Below, piece after piece: positions 25,014 through 39,742 of a stretch of 64,000 bases of DNA (the first letter of the stretch is position 1; each line of letters starts with the position of its first letter). The stretch is from the NCBI RefSeq assembly GCF_036321535.1, contig NC_087437.1:18726001-18790000 (forward strand), written 5' to 3'. Below the pieces are notes generated by a model that searched no databases, was not told the origin of the DNA, and worked only from the letters and a program-made list of their open reading frames with translations. This DNA is from Camelus dromedarius. Taxonomy: Eukaryota. The position numbers were made by a program, and so were the translations under genes.

Positions 25014-28000
25014 TTAAGTGATCTGGGATTATATTTTATGTTATCTTTAAAATAATTTTAAAATTAATATTCTAGGAAGTATCACATAAAACAGCTGGAT
25101 GGTCTAAATTTAAGATCCTAATCACTAACACCAAATGCACACATCAATCCAAAACTCATTAAATTTAATGAAGGTATATATAAGTGAAAATGGAAAGAAT
25201 TTTTTTGGTATTACTTTTTAAAAACAGCCATTCAGGTTTCTCTCCGTTTTTTAACCAACAGTTTCAAGATTCAGTAGCCATAGTCTTAAACAACCCTCGT
25301 TTAACTCCATGGCTCTATACTACTTTAAATGACATTTCCCTGTGTTCCCTGAAATTAGGCAAAAAGTCTAAGGACTTTCATTTTCAGTTCGAAAAGAACA
25401 TGACAAGGATAATTACAAATAAGGACTCACGTAACAGCAGTTTTAGGAAATCTCTGTGTCTACCTTTATGCTATCCTCAAAGTATCTAAACTATGAGAAA
25501 CTAATAATACTAGTCTTTTTAACAGCCAAGACATGTGCCAATATGAAAAGGAGAGGCTTGGGTCTTTCCTTTATTGTTGAATGCTCCTACCTAATGCTTT
25601 TTAGCTTTTACTGTGTTAATTTTTTAGACTCCCATCTGTACAAAATGCAATAAAGATAATTTTAATTTTTTTTTTTAAAAAACAGCCCCCCATCCAACAA
25701 AAGTCAAGACAGAATAGGAGTATGAGTATACTGACATACAATTTCTCATTTTCACAATTCCTTTATTCGGTAACGAAAATTTTAGCTGCCTGTAAGAACT
25801 ATATAACAATTACTTTCTCCTAAGCAATTAAGAAATGGCTCCACCATGAAATGCACAATAAATGGCATTTAGTGTTAGTAAAATTACATGAAAGGTAGGA
25901 AGAAAGAGCACCAAATCTGGATTTCTAAGGTTTTTTTTTTTTCCCTTCCTAATATACCTGAGGGAAACTGGGCATCAAACAATCTCCCAATGGATGGGAG
26001 ATTCTAATTTATCATGAGATTAAGAAACGTTCCACCACTGTTGTACCAAATATTACCACAAAAGGAGTTCAACAGGCAGAGGAGTTAGAGGAAAAACCTA
26101 CTGCCCACACAAAGACAAACTCCCCTGGCATGCCTGAAGAACCAAACATAGTCTAGTATAGGTAGACACACCTGAGGACCATGGTAGGTGCTTGAGTTGG
26201 ACAGGCCTGCAGCAAAGTCAGTGCCACTTAAGACCACTAAGCAGGAATATAACTTACACAGTTAAAGGACTACTTTGCCATAAGAAAGTAGAAGTGCTTG
26301 GGTATAAGGAAAGGTGTGAAAAGAGAGGCAAGGAGAGCAGTGGGGAGGCTGCTGTTGTAATTCAGCGAAAGATAGAAAGGCTTGAACTATGAAAGGGTCT
26401 GGAAGACAAAGAAGAAGAAATAGATAGTAAAGAATATTAATGGGGTCAAGTCAACAGTATGTGAACAACTGGTTAGCTTTGGTAGGTAAGGGAGTCGGGC
26501 AACTCTAGTTGCTCTACCAAATATAAGAGGAAAGGCAGTCTAAGGGGGAAGAGAATGAGATGGGGACAGTAAATATAAGTTGGCCTTAGAAATGTGTATG
26601 TAGCACATGAAAACAGAGTCAGTAACTAAAGAGAAATCTGGGCTAGAAGCAAAGGCTTGAGAATCATAAGCAAAGATAGTACAGTTTTTTCAATTTTCTT
26701 ACAAAGAAGGTATCAGTAATTGTTTTCCAAGATCTGAAGGATCTGAGTTAGAGGAAAAACACTAAGAGGTGTGGAGGCAGGGCCCACATGAAGCAAACAA
26801 TCCATCTGACCTCAGAGGTCCTTGACCTCAAAATCTCCATAGTACTTCCTCTCACTCCCCTCAGCCATAGGCTCCTACAATCACACCCTGAATTTGACTT
26901 CACCACACTCTAACACCTTCAAATGAAATTAATTCCCACATTTCACTCTCCAACTATCTCACCTGCCAGCTCACTCCAAAACTTCCACAAGAACAATTCC
27001 CTGCCCTCATTAAGGCCTCCATTTCAAAAATAACACCTCCCCCACTTCTCTATTAGTTTTGTTTGCCTTCATCCCCACCAACTCTCTGCCAATGCCCATA
27101 TTTCCCTTTGACATACTCAACTGAAGTCAGTATCCTGGATAAACCTAATTACCTGCCTCTCCTCGACATCAAATATTTTGGGGCAGACCAGCACATGACT
27201 GACCAATGTCAAATGTAAATTATTCTTTCGTCGCTGTAAGAACTATTTTTTACCTTTTCTTCACTGCTAAAAACTTCCACAGTTACTCTCCTCTGAGATG
27301 CACCTCCCTCACATTCAATACAACTACGGAAACAATTTAAAGCCCTATTTAAGCTACTTGTTTTGTCAGGTTGTCTATTACTTGAAGATGACATATCTTA
27401 AAGGATACTTCCTATCTGTCAATCTGTTCTATTTAGAAGTTATAAAACATTGGAACAACAAAATACTAGTCTACTATTGTGTATAAGGAAAACAAGTAAT
27501 GAAGAAGATCAAATTATGTACCTAATATAAAAATCAGAATCCAATACTTACCAACTAGAGACAGATCATTGTTACTAAACTGTGAAGTCATGTGGGTGGG
27601 CCAGATTGAGGATGTGGTATAAGGTGCATGAAGTAGAGGGCTTACAGAGTACCTTCTTCCTGAAAAATGTAGGTTATTTCATAGACACGTGACACTCCAC
27701 AAATCTCTGTGCAGAGGTGTATGGGTGGCAGGGTAGGGGTTAGCATGTATTCATACATGAAGCTTAGGAACTTCATGTCTTTACAACTAGGCTCGGTTGA
27801 TAATCAAACTACATATGCTTTGATCTCATATACATATGTCTCAGATATTTATATCTGAACTTAAATGCTCACAACAGTCTCTGCTACCTAATCTTTATCC
27901 AAAACCCAATTTTGAATAAAAATACACATATATAATTTCCAGAAAGATACACAATATATTTATTTCTTTGGAAAAGTCCAAAGATTGTCATTTAATTCAA

Positions 28001-30129
28001 GACAAATCACACTGCTGAGTACTTACACTGAATTACTTTGGTCTCATACAGAGTGACTTTCTCTGAATTGCACTGTTAATATTATATATTAAGTCTACGC
28101 AGTGAAAGATATTATAAGAGATAGATATGTGAAACATTATTTTACCTACTATAATGAAGCAGGCAGGGGTGCTGATGCCCACCGTATCATCATCCACTGT
28201 GTCTCCTTCATTAACGAGCTGCCAAACATCTCTCCACTTCCAATATGAGGATGAACTACAACCACATGACTAATGAGACTGTTTTTATCTTAGGAGATTC
28301 TGAATCCTATAACTGATCATGTTTCCTTTGCTTTGGCCACTAGCTATACTGCAAGCAGAGAGCAAAATCTATAGTCCACAGCAACCAGTTATACAGGATC
28401 TTATTATACACATACCTACCGCAAAAAGTCAAAATTTTATATATATTTTTGTATACATATAAGAGAGACTGTGTGTGTGGGGGTTAGGGGTATGTAAGCA
28501 ACCTTACCTCAAATTATTTGTGAAATGAGATTAGGTAAATCATAAATAAAACATATATAAAATATATTTTGTATCTTCTGTATGTTAAGATGGAAGATAG
28601 GAATTTCAGAATAAAAATGATATTCAAGTCTTATTCTCAGTGCCATTTAAGACATGAATTTATCACTTTTTGTATACAGAATATAGTTTATTCAGAAAAA
28701 TCACAAGTTTAAAATGAATACTGGACATTTTACGCTGTACACCAGAAACTGACACATTGTAACTGACTATACTTCAATTTTTTAAAAATGTAAAAACAAA
28801 ACAACAGAAAAAGAATATTTTTCAAAGTTATTGTGATAAAGATAAGCTACTTAAAATAAATTGCTGAGCTTAGAAATGTTTGCATCTCTTGGTTTTTGAC
28901 AATTTTTGAGAAATAAAAACAAATGAGCTCACTACATAGTAAGTACTCAATAAACATTACTTAATACTTAAAAAACCAAAACAAAAAATGGTAGTTATAA
29001 TTTCATCAACCAACTTCTGGCAGAATTCAGATATATGGAACAAAGTAAAATTATGGATCAGTTGGCTATAACGCTAAAAAAAAAAAACAAACAAAAACTC
29101 AAGTCCTATCTATACTAGCTGTAAACAGCAATAGCTAATAAAGGGTGTGATGTGAAGAAGAATAACAATAAAGGATGACTCTAATATGGGTGTGGTAACA
29201 ATATACAAAAAGAGATCCTGCACATTCTAAAGAAACCTGTTGAAATATCAATCATTATCTAATAGTTAAAGTGTGGTTTATTTAAATAAAGTCATTCTGA
29301 TTGAGAAATTTGATAATTCACGAAAATGATTAAAGTTCATGCATGGCTGAAAGGAAATGAGAAAAAAATCATCTACATTTAAAATAAAATTAAAAAGTTG
29401 TGTTTTTCTGAACACTGAATCTCCTGTAGTAGGAGGCAATAAAAAGAAGGTTTTTGTTTTCAGAAAAAGCAGTGAGAAAAACCAGTCTCTAAACTTATAT
29501 GTGAAATTTTGCCAAAATTGTCACATTTCCTGATGCTCTGAATCATCTTCAGACTCTGAAAAGTTAAGAATTTTAAAGCACCATCATGCTTAATTAATAC
29601 AGTCACATGTTTTATTGTCCGACTTTAGTAAACTTGCAAAGAGATACTTATTCACAAGCCCCAGAATACCTGGAGATCAAGAGAAGGCAGGCTTTATCAT
29701 GCAAAGGACTTTCCACTGTGCTATAGCAAGGATATGCCAAGTCTACACACAGACTGCATTCCTGAACTCACCAATTAAAAATGTTGTGTTGGGTAAGATA
29801 AGAAACTTTTCCCCAACATCAACACCTAATTTCTTTCTTGTTCAACAAAATGGCCAAAATCCACTACATTTTGCCTTTTGATATTAGGCACCAAAAAAAA
29901 AAAAAAAAAAATCAGTAGCATAAGTAGCCTAAATTTCCATGGTTTCACTTAATTAAAAGGCATGTTTGTTCTGGTTATGGGAGGAGTCCTGTGCTGCCTT
30001 TAACTAAGGATATAAAGATGTAAGAGAGAGTCATAGTAAAATGTATTAACTCATTGCACAAATATTTATTTTGTGCTCCAGGCACTGAAATAAGAAGATA
30101 AAAAGATTAAGATAGTTTTTTTCTTTCCC

Positions 30130-31900
30130 CAGGTTATATCTATTTTAACAGGTTTGGAGTGCTGACTGAGAGTCATATAACTAGTCTTCTGAGTGTTATG
30201 ATTTTTGACTAATAAGGGTGAAGTTATGATTTTTGATATGGAATGTATCTGGGCTTGGAACTCTCTGGGTTTATCATGGTTGGGGCTCATTGGACTTATT
30301 GAATCTGTTATAGTTGTATCTTTTGCCAACTTTGGAAAGCTCCCAGTTATAATTTCTTTAAATAGTTTTTCTGAACTGCACTCTTTCTCTTTACTTTCTG
30401 AGACTCGGGTTACACAAATGTTAGACCTGCTGATATTGTCACAAAGGTATCTGAGGGTCTGTAGAGTTCTTTCTCCTCCAGTCATTTTTCTGTCTCTGTT
30501 GTTCAAACTGGAAAATTTTATTGATTAATCTTCAAGTTCCCTGACTCTTTCCTTTCTCATTCCTTCCACTATTGAGTTCATTCAGTGAGAGTTTTTTAAT
30601 TCTAGTTAATTTATTTTTCATATGGTTCCTCCTTGTATAGTCTACAGTCAGCCCTCCATATACATGGGTTCTGCATTTGTAGATTAAACCAACCACTGAT
30701 CAAAAATATCTGGGGGGAAAAATTCCAGAAAGTTATAAAAAGTAAAAATTGAATTTGCTGCACTCATAACTATTTACATATCATTTACATTGTATTAGGT
30801 ATTATAAGTAATCTAGCGATGATTTAACATATAGGTTGTATTTAAAAACTATGCCATTTTATATAAGAAATGTGGGCATCCATGGATTTTGATATCCTCC
30901 AGGGGTCCTGGAACCAAAATCCATATAGATACTGAAGGACAACTGCATTTCTTGGGTAAGACTTTCTATTTTTCTATTCTTTTCCACTGTGTTTGATCTT
31001 AGTTGTTGGAGCATTTTTATAATAACTGCTTCAACATCTTTGTGAGATAATTCCAACATCTATGTCATCTCAGCAGTGATGTCTGTTGATTTTCATGGTG
31101 TGTACAACTTGAGGTTTTCCTGGTTCTTTATATGCCAATTAATTTTGAATTGTATCCTAGACATTTTGACTATTATGTTATAAGACTCTGGGTTTTGTTT
31201 ATATTCTACACAGAATGTTGATTATCTTTGTTTTAGGAGACAACAGTTAGGTTCAGGCTGCAAGTTCCAACAAGCCTTTTCTGAGTTGTGGTTCCAATAC
31301 CGGTTCGGTTTTCAAACCCTTTGCAGGGCTATTTGAATCTGTCCTATGTGTGCACCATACAGTTGACTAGTCTGAAACTTGGGTGGTGATTTATGCCACC
31401 GTTCAGTTCTCAAAGTATATAGGCATATATCCATACACATACAGCTCAGGAATAAACCTCTAAGTTTCCTGAGCTCTTCCCATTCTGAAATCATACAAGT
31501 ATTTTTTGGTTGCCTGAGACTCCCTTTTTCTTGTTACCTAGTCAGAAAACTGAGGCTTTTTTGACCCGTACTTCCTACAACTATGCCAAACAGAGAAGGA
31601 GAGAACGGGGGCGGGGAGGGAAGGCCAATAAGGATATGCCCCATTCTCTTAGGACTACAATGCCTCTAATCAGAGAGGAAGGTTCAGCAGTACATTTCAG
31701 TCCTGTCCCCACTGCTGTTGCCACTCCCACCACGACCACTGCTACTGCTGCCACAGGACTTCTTGGGAAACTAGGGCAAATGAGAACAGAGAAAAGAAAA
31801 CAAAAAAGAGAGGGGGAAAAAATGTGGAGATCCTCCCACTCACTCTGAGAGTCAGAAAAACCCATTCTAACTAGAGCTATAATGAGAGGGCTTTCTGAGC
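30130..31900 (-). mobile_element. Old L1 5' region (ORF1 remnant), interrupted by a MER2-like element
   Basis: ORF 30066-30506(-) resembles L1 ORF1p (LCDNISRSNICVTRVSE...EKLFKEIITGSFPKLAKD). Approximate limits. Confidence 0.7.
30645..30945. mobile_element. MER2-like TcMar-Tigger element
   Basis: TIRs CAGTCAGCCCTCCATAT / GATACTGAAGGACAACTG. A related copy lies at about 56629-56853. Confidence 0.7.
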
Positions 31901-32142
31901 TCTGTTTGCACTAAAACCATCTTCTAGATCTTGGGCAGCACCAATTTCAGGCTTCTGCTAAATATTAAGATGCACACCTGTAAGGGGAAATGACACAAGG
32001 CTGGGAAAAGATTGGCCGGGAAGCTGTATACTACAGAATTCTAAACACTTTCAGTGTTTGGACATTCAAGTGTCAGCCAGTCCGAGTAGTGAATCCCCAC
32101 TGAACACCTAGGATTATGTTATAGACTCCAGAGAACTGGGAC

Positions 32143-32680
32143 TGTGATTACAATGGATTTCATCCCCATGATTAGGTTATACAATATGACATAAGTGGCT
32201 TTAAGGACAGAAGATTATCTTTCATGGGCCTGACCCAAAGGTATGCCCTGTAAAGGGACCAGGCTCTTCTGGCAAGAGATTCAAAGCATTAAGAAGGATT
32301 TGATCCTTGAGAAATTCTCTGTTTCTGGAGTTGAAAATAGAGAGAGCTACCAAGCCAAGACCTGGTAGATGCTTCTAGTAACTGAGAGCAATCCTCAGCC
32401 AAAAGCCAAGAAGCAATTGAGAAGCTCAAGTAGCTTGAAACAACCGCAAGTAGCTGAATCTGGTCATTAACTTGAATCATTTTAGAAGCAGATTCTTCCC
32501 CAGAGCCTTCAGGAAGGAATGTAGCCCAATTAACACCAGGATTTCAACATTATAGGACCATAAGCAGAAAACAGAGCCACACCTTGCCCAGATTTCTAAC
32601 CAAGAGAAATATGAGCTAATAAGTAGGTATTGTTTTAAGTGCTGGATTTGTGGTAATTTGTTACACAGCAATAAAAAAAA
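32143..32680 (+). mobile_element. MLT1-type (ERVL-MaLR) solo LTR
   Basis: CCCATGATTAGGTTAT, GAAGCAGATTCTTCCCCAGAGCCT, GTTTTAAG...TTTGTGGTAATTTGTTACACAGCAATA. Confidence 0.75.
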
Positions 32681-33421
32681 ATTTAAGGGGCTATTATGAA
32701 CTTAATGCCAATAAACTTAACAACTTAAATTCTTCAAAAGACAAATATTATCAAAGCTGATACAAAAGAAACAGAAAATATGACTAGCTATATATCCATT
32801 AAAGAAATTAAATTTCTAATTAAAAACCACCTCACCAAGAAAACTCCAGGCTCAGGTGGCTTGGAGTAAATCCTACCAAACATTTAAGGATGAAGTAATC
32901 CTATATAAACCTATCCTATACAAACCAATCCTATATAAACTTGTTCAGAAAATTGAGGTGAGGGAAAGCTTCTCAACTCAATTTATAAGGTCAACATTAT
33001 CCTGATTCCAAAATCAAAGACATTATACAAAAAGTGCAGTCCAGTATTTTTCATGCACATAGATGTAAAAATCTGTAACAAAATATTAACAAATCAAATT
33101 CAGCAATATAGAAAAAGGCTACTATATTACCACTGAGCGGTGCATATTTCCAAAACACAAGGTTGCTTTCAACTTTTGAAAATCAAATTAACAGACTAAA
33201 ATATAAAAACCATACAATCACCTCAATAAGTACAGAAAAAGCATTGGACACAGTGAAACTTTCTTCTATTCCTTTCAGGATAAAAACGCTCAGCAGAGTA
33301 GAAAGAGAAGAGGATTTCTTGAATAAAGGGCATCTATGAAAACCCTACAGCTAGTATTATGCTTAAAGTTGAAAGACTAAATGTTTTTCTTTAAGATTAA
33401 GAACAAAACAAGAATGTCTAC

Positions 33422-33960
33422 TGTGATGGTTAATTTCATTTGTCCATTTGACTGGGCCCTGGGGTGTCTAGATATTCTGTGAGAGTGTTTTTCAATAAGA
33501 TTAACATTTAAATGGTAGACTGACTAAAACAAATTGCCCTCCTTAACGAAGGTAATCCTAATCCAATCAGTGGAAGAACTGAATACAACAAAAAGACTGA
33601 TTCTCCTCAGACTAAGAAAGAATTCTTGCCTGACTACCTAACTGCAATAGCAGCTCTTCGTGGGTCTTGAGCATACAGAACTACAACAGGAACTACACCA
33701 CAGGCGCCTCCAGGTGATTAGGCCTTCAGACTCAGACTAGAATAAAACTATCAGCTCTTCTGGATTTCCAGTTACCAACTAACCCTGCAGATAGCCAGGC
33801 TTAACCATCTCCATAATTATGTGAGCCAATTCCTTAAATAAATGTGTGTGTGTGTGTGCGCGCGCATATATATGGAAACTTGCACATCTGTGTGTACGCG
33901 CGCGCACACACACACACACACCTTACTGTTCTTTTTCTTTGGAGAATCCCAACTAATATA
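33422..33960 (+). mobile_element. MLT2-type (ERVL) solo LTR inserted into an L1 ORF2 fragment (about 32690-34110)
   Basis: Starts TGTGATGGTTAATTT and ends GGAGAATCCCAACTAATATA. 5-bp TSD TCTAC at 33417-33421 and 33961-33965. Confidence 0.8.
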
Positions 33961-34644
33961 TCTACTCTCATCATTCTATTCAACATCATACTGAAGGTCC
34001 TTCCCTAACACATTAAGGAAAGAAAAAAATTTGGAAAAAAAAGAGTAAAGCTGCCCTCCCCTGGCCAGATTTCTCTTCAACACTGTACTGGAACTCCTAA
34101 CCCGTGTGGCAATTAAAAAGAATGAGGAATCTGTAACTCAATAGAATAAAATTTAAAAAATAATAAAAAGAATGACATATACCTACAAGAAAGCCATGCA
34201 GTACTTGCATTAACTTACTTAAATTCAACTATATAGCCCCACTGGAAAAAGAAAAGGGGTAGGGAGGGGGGACTAGAGAACTAGACAGAATGGAGTGGGA
34301 GAGATACTTTAAATAGTACATTAAGCCCATTACTCCTAATAATATATGGCCACAAACAACAGAATCAGTCCAGCTTGAAACAGCTGATGGAAGCTGGTAA
34401 AACCTATGGAAATAAAATGTCACTCACAATTTGTCACTGACAAAGAAATAAAGCATAATTGCTCAAGAAAAATAAGCATGTAGTGAATGCTTCTTTAGGA
34501 AGAAACTGGGTAATAAGAGAAGGCTGCAGAGAAATAATAACTACAAAAGAAATAAAATAAGTAACAATAAGCTAGTAAGTGGGAAGAACAAGTAGGAATT
34601 CCCATGTAAATTATACACATGTACATATAAACCACTGAGCAAAA

Positions 34645-34647
<3 letters not shown>

Positions 34648-34691
<44 letters not shown>

Positions 34692-34715
34692 CATATTCTA
34701 TACACACACACACAC
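34648..34715. repeat. (AT)n plus (CA)n microsatellite
   Basis: About 20 AT units followed by a short CA run. Confidence 0.9.
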
Positions 34716-35975
34716 AATTAAAAACTAAATATGACTTGAGGGTAGAGTTGCCTATATATGAGTTCTACCTTTAGAAATACCCAAGGAATGCTATTGAATA
34801 TTTAATAACCCAGAGGGCTATGCGAGATACATTACAAAGAGAAGAAGTCAAGTTATAGAATAATATATATACCATCCCTTTTGTTTAACAAACCAAACCA
34901 ATCAACAAAATAAACACAACCAATACCCCTTCAATCCCCAAACCATGTCTATAAATATTTGTATAAACATGAATGTCACCCAAGATTTGTTGACCTTGAA
35001 TCCCGTATGATGGTAAAGAGATAGGGAGAGATCTTTTTTATTAAATCATGTTTGGGCTTATTTTTTACCTGTTGCAACAATCAAGTTATACTGTTTGCAA
35101 TTGGAAAAAAAATTAATAAAGAAAATTTAAATTAAAGGAAAAAGTTAAATTAGCACTAAAATAAAAACAAAGGCTAACTGCCTTAGCAATTTAATTTATA
35201 TGCCATAAGCATACTCATTAAAAATTAAAATCTAGCTGAGAATATAAGACAAAGACATCCCTTATTTTAATGACCGCTACCCAAAGAATCTTTAATGTCC
35301 ATTTATAAAAGCAAGTCATTGGTAATCTTTGGCAAGGTGCTCCTGAATATATCCTCATGCCAGCAAACATCTCAAACTAACTGAATCTCTTTCTTGGATC
35401 ACAGAACTATTCACTTAACTTCCTGCCAAGCAAAATAGAGGAAAATGCATGCTTTACATTTTGAGACAAAATGCCTTGTTAAGTCTTTACCTAATTATAT
35501 GGGTGGTGCAATAAATCCCCATGTGTTAACAAGCTGTGGTCTACAATGTAGTCATCTATTTTATTTCAGGAAATAGTATTACATTTTCTGTGTATTCAGC
35601 AAGTTTAAAAGGAAAGGGAAAAAAAAAAATGGGCTGAGAGAGACTGAGTGCAGCTCTAAGCAAGGGTGAGAAAGCAGAGTAAGCCTGTACAGAAACATGT
35701 GACCCATAGTTTTGGCTTAAATTTTACTTGCTGAATTCCTGATCTAAAGCAATTTCTTTCATACAGTATACCCTGGGAAAATGTCAATCTTTCCAGTACA
35801 TCTCCAATTATTCAAAGAATATTTTGAAACAAAAATTCTAAATTGTCTCATAATAAATTACCATATTCTACATCCTATAAGTGACCAATATAAGAAAAAT
35901 TTAATATCCAATGTGACAGTCACTGAACATAGTGAGTTATTCAAATAATAAAGCAGAAGACAGATTCAAATTTTA

Positions 35976-36065
<90 letters not shown>

Positions 36066-36920
36066 CTATAAAAAAAAAATGAAATAAATACAGAGTATTT
36101 TAAAGAAAGAATTGAATATTTCATGCTAGCAATGAAATCATCTTATCAGTTCTCATGTCCATTGGCAAAATAATGAAAATAGACCTCTGAACTAACAACT
36201 AAAAATCAAATATATTAAATTAAGCATCACAACCACTAGCACTCAGTTCTCATGGCAAAATAGGCAGCATTCTAATACTGCTAAGAGATTCACTAAATTA
36301 AACACCATACACAAATAGTATTAACAGCTTTGGATAAATTAAGAAATGACCATATAAATTAATATATAGATAATCTTTTAATTATCAAGGAATGGTTAAA
36401 CATGCAATTTCTTAAGACTGAAGAACTATTTAAAAACTGTTAACTATTCCAATGAACACAAACTTTAGATTTGCTTTATATAAATGTATTACATTTTAGA
36501 AAAAAATAATGCCTTTGTTACATTTAAAGCTTAAAAGTAATCAATAAGAAACAAACTATACCAAAAACACTATTACAGATAAGCTGACAGAAATGAAATA
36601 TACCAGAAAATCAACTATCTCTGCACGTCTAACTTTTCTACCAGAATGTCTCAACTTGCTCTTTGAAGTCCTATGTTTAGCTCTAATTTCAAAATATTCC
36701 CAATTTGATGGCATTTTTCTTTAGCATCAAAAGATAACAGGAAACATAAATAGCCTATTTACAATTACATGTAGCTTAAGTAAGGAAAAAGAATAGTAGC
36801 CAAAAAGATAATTACTAATAAATGGTGCTGGATCTTTGGAAATATGCATTAGTTTCCACAGAAGAAGAATTGAACAAAAAATGTATTTGTGAGGCTTAAG
36901 CATACAACCTAACAGAATCA

Positions 36921-37133
<213 letters not shown>

Positions 37134-39493
37134 CTACAGTGGCAAGAAAGAATAAGGGAAGGATTCTCAAGCAAAACATAAATCAACAGAAGAATAAAAT
37201 TAAGCTGAACAACACTAGAACAAAAGTACTGTTAAAGTGTATCTTAACAACTCATGTCAAGAATATGAAAAATTAAAATCACAACATAAAATAGTCACCA
37301 TTAATTGAACATCTAAGTATTTAAGAAATGAACTAGACACTTCTTAAATGTTATAACTCATCTTTCTAACTCTAAGAGATTTTCCCCCTTTAATAGATTA
37401 CAGAACTGGAAACCAGAAGGTTTAAGTTATACACCTAGTATCTTTAAGAACTGGATTTAAATCCACCTGTTTGATTTTTTTTCTATTCGCTAAACCTTAG
37501 AAAAATATGTGCATCAGTCTAGATGTTTTTCCTTCTCCTTTCTGCACTTAATACCCAGCAGTATGACCAACTGGTGTACCCTCCCAGGAGCAAGACTTGA
37601 TCATCATAGACTGTGATGCCACAATGTAAACTGACCAGTAAGTCAGGAAAGGTGAATATGTGGTACACATGTGACCATTTTTTAAAAAGTCCTACACTTT
37701 TCTATGCATCCCTGCGGTAGACCTGGTACCTTTTCAGCACAGGGTTCTAGGTAACCATTACTGTCTTTCCATGAAAAACCTACTGGCCATCCCACCTGGA
37801 TACTCTGTTTCATTTCCATGAAACCAAGATTGCTGTCCAGAGGCATATAAGAAAAGGAGTGGTATTCACATTACCAAAGATTCCTAATAAAATGAACAGA
37901 AATTCAATGTATTCCTCAGTAGAATAAATTTTCTATACAGATATAAAGTATGATTCAATATACTGTATTCAATTGAGAACCACTAAAAATACATTTTTGA
38001 AATTAAACAAAAAACATTTCCAGAATGGCCTATAAGTGGGAGTTATAGTATTATGATAATTATATTCATTCAAAAACCTTTCCCTATGAAAAGTGTATCA
38101 TTCCATTTCCTTCATGCCCCTTTGACTACACTGCATATTTTCTTTCTCATATGACCTTGTACAAAAACTGCACACCTGCTTTTATTTTTCTTTGTAATAA
38201 ACAAATTCCAGTTTGGGCAAAACAATGTACTTTCCTCTTATTAAGGTTAAAAAAAAAGTGTTAAAGACACAGGAGACTACTAAAAAGATGGCAGAACATG
38301 AAGGGAAGAAGTCAGTACTTCTATGTTACTACCAAGTATTTTCCACCTTCCTTCTTTCTCTCATGAGCTAGAGTTCAAGCACTTACCATCGGAATGCCAC
38401 AGATCCCAAAGCTGTACACAAGGTTATAACAGCTGCTAGACTTTCTACCTACTAAACCAAGAATTAAGGGCTACACTAAAAATATGAGGGGAAGGGTATA
38501 AAATCCCTGTTACCTGCTAATAAAATATAACTCCTTCTCAAACAGACATCACTTAATAAATGGCATGCCTGTAGCCCACTTAAAACAAAAATCATAAATA
38601 AGAGCAATCATGTATTTTTCTAAAATCCTGTTACTATCTACCCCTAACTTCGCACTTAGTCTATGTAACAACCATATAATTCTTTCTGTAACAACCATTT
38701 TTTAGTCTTCAAATGTAATTTCAACAAAAATATCAAGTTCCTAGAAAGTCAAAGCCAGGATCCTATTCTTTAAATAGTATACCTTCTGGTAGGGGAAGTG
38801 ATGTCGCACTGCACATATCTTATTTAAGCTCAACTATACTCCAAAAATAATCTAAGGCACTTCAATGTCCTACATAAAACATCTACTCAAAAAATTAATG
38901 ATTAAATGGAAATAAATATCTCAAAGACTAACAAAGGCTTTTGAGGATGGTCAGACCTAATGCTTACAAAACTCCTACCACATATGGAAGTAGGGGAAAG
39001 GGGAAATTATACCTATAAATATTAGGCTGATATTGCAAACTTTCCTAATACACAATGAAAATTTATATGACTTTACCTATTTAATTGATAATCACAAATA
39101 AGTTTTTATACAATTCATTTAGTGGCCACTTAAAGTATTTTCTATTTTTTTAATATTTCATATTGAAATCATTATATTTATGTGATATAGTAAGCAACTG
39201 TAACAAATTGCATTAAGAATTCATAATCCTATAGAAAAATATGACATAACACTCAATGAAAAAGCAGAATACAAACACAGAGACAAAACACATACACACA
39301 CATATAAATGCATATAATTATTATCAGAAATATATAGTATAACTGCAAGTAAAATGATGAAAACACACCAAAATGTTAATTAACAGTGGTTATTTCAGAA
39401 GCAAGTAGGATTATGAATATCTATTATTTAATTCTGTATTTTCTTTCTGTAGGCTCCAAATATTCTACTATGACAACACATTTTTTTGGATCA

Positions 39494-39742
<249 letters not shown>

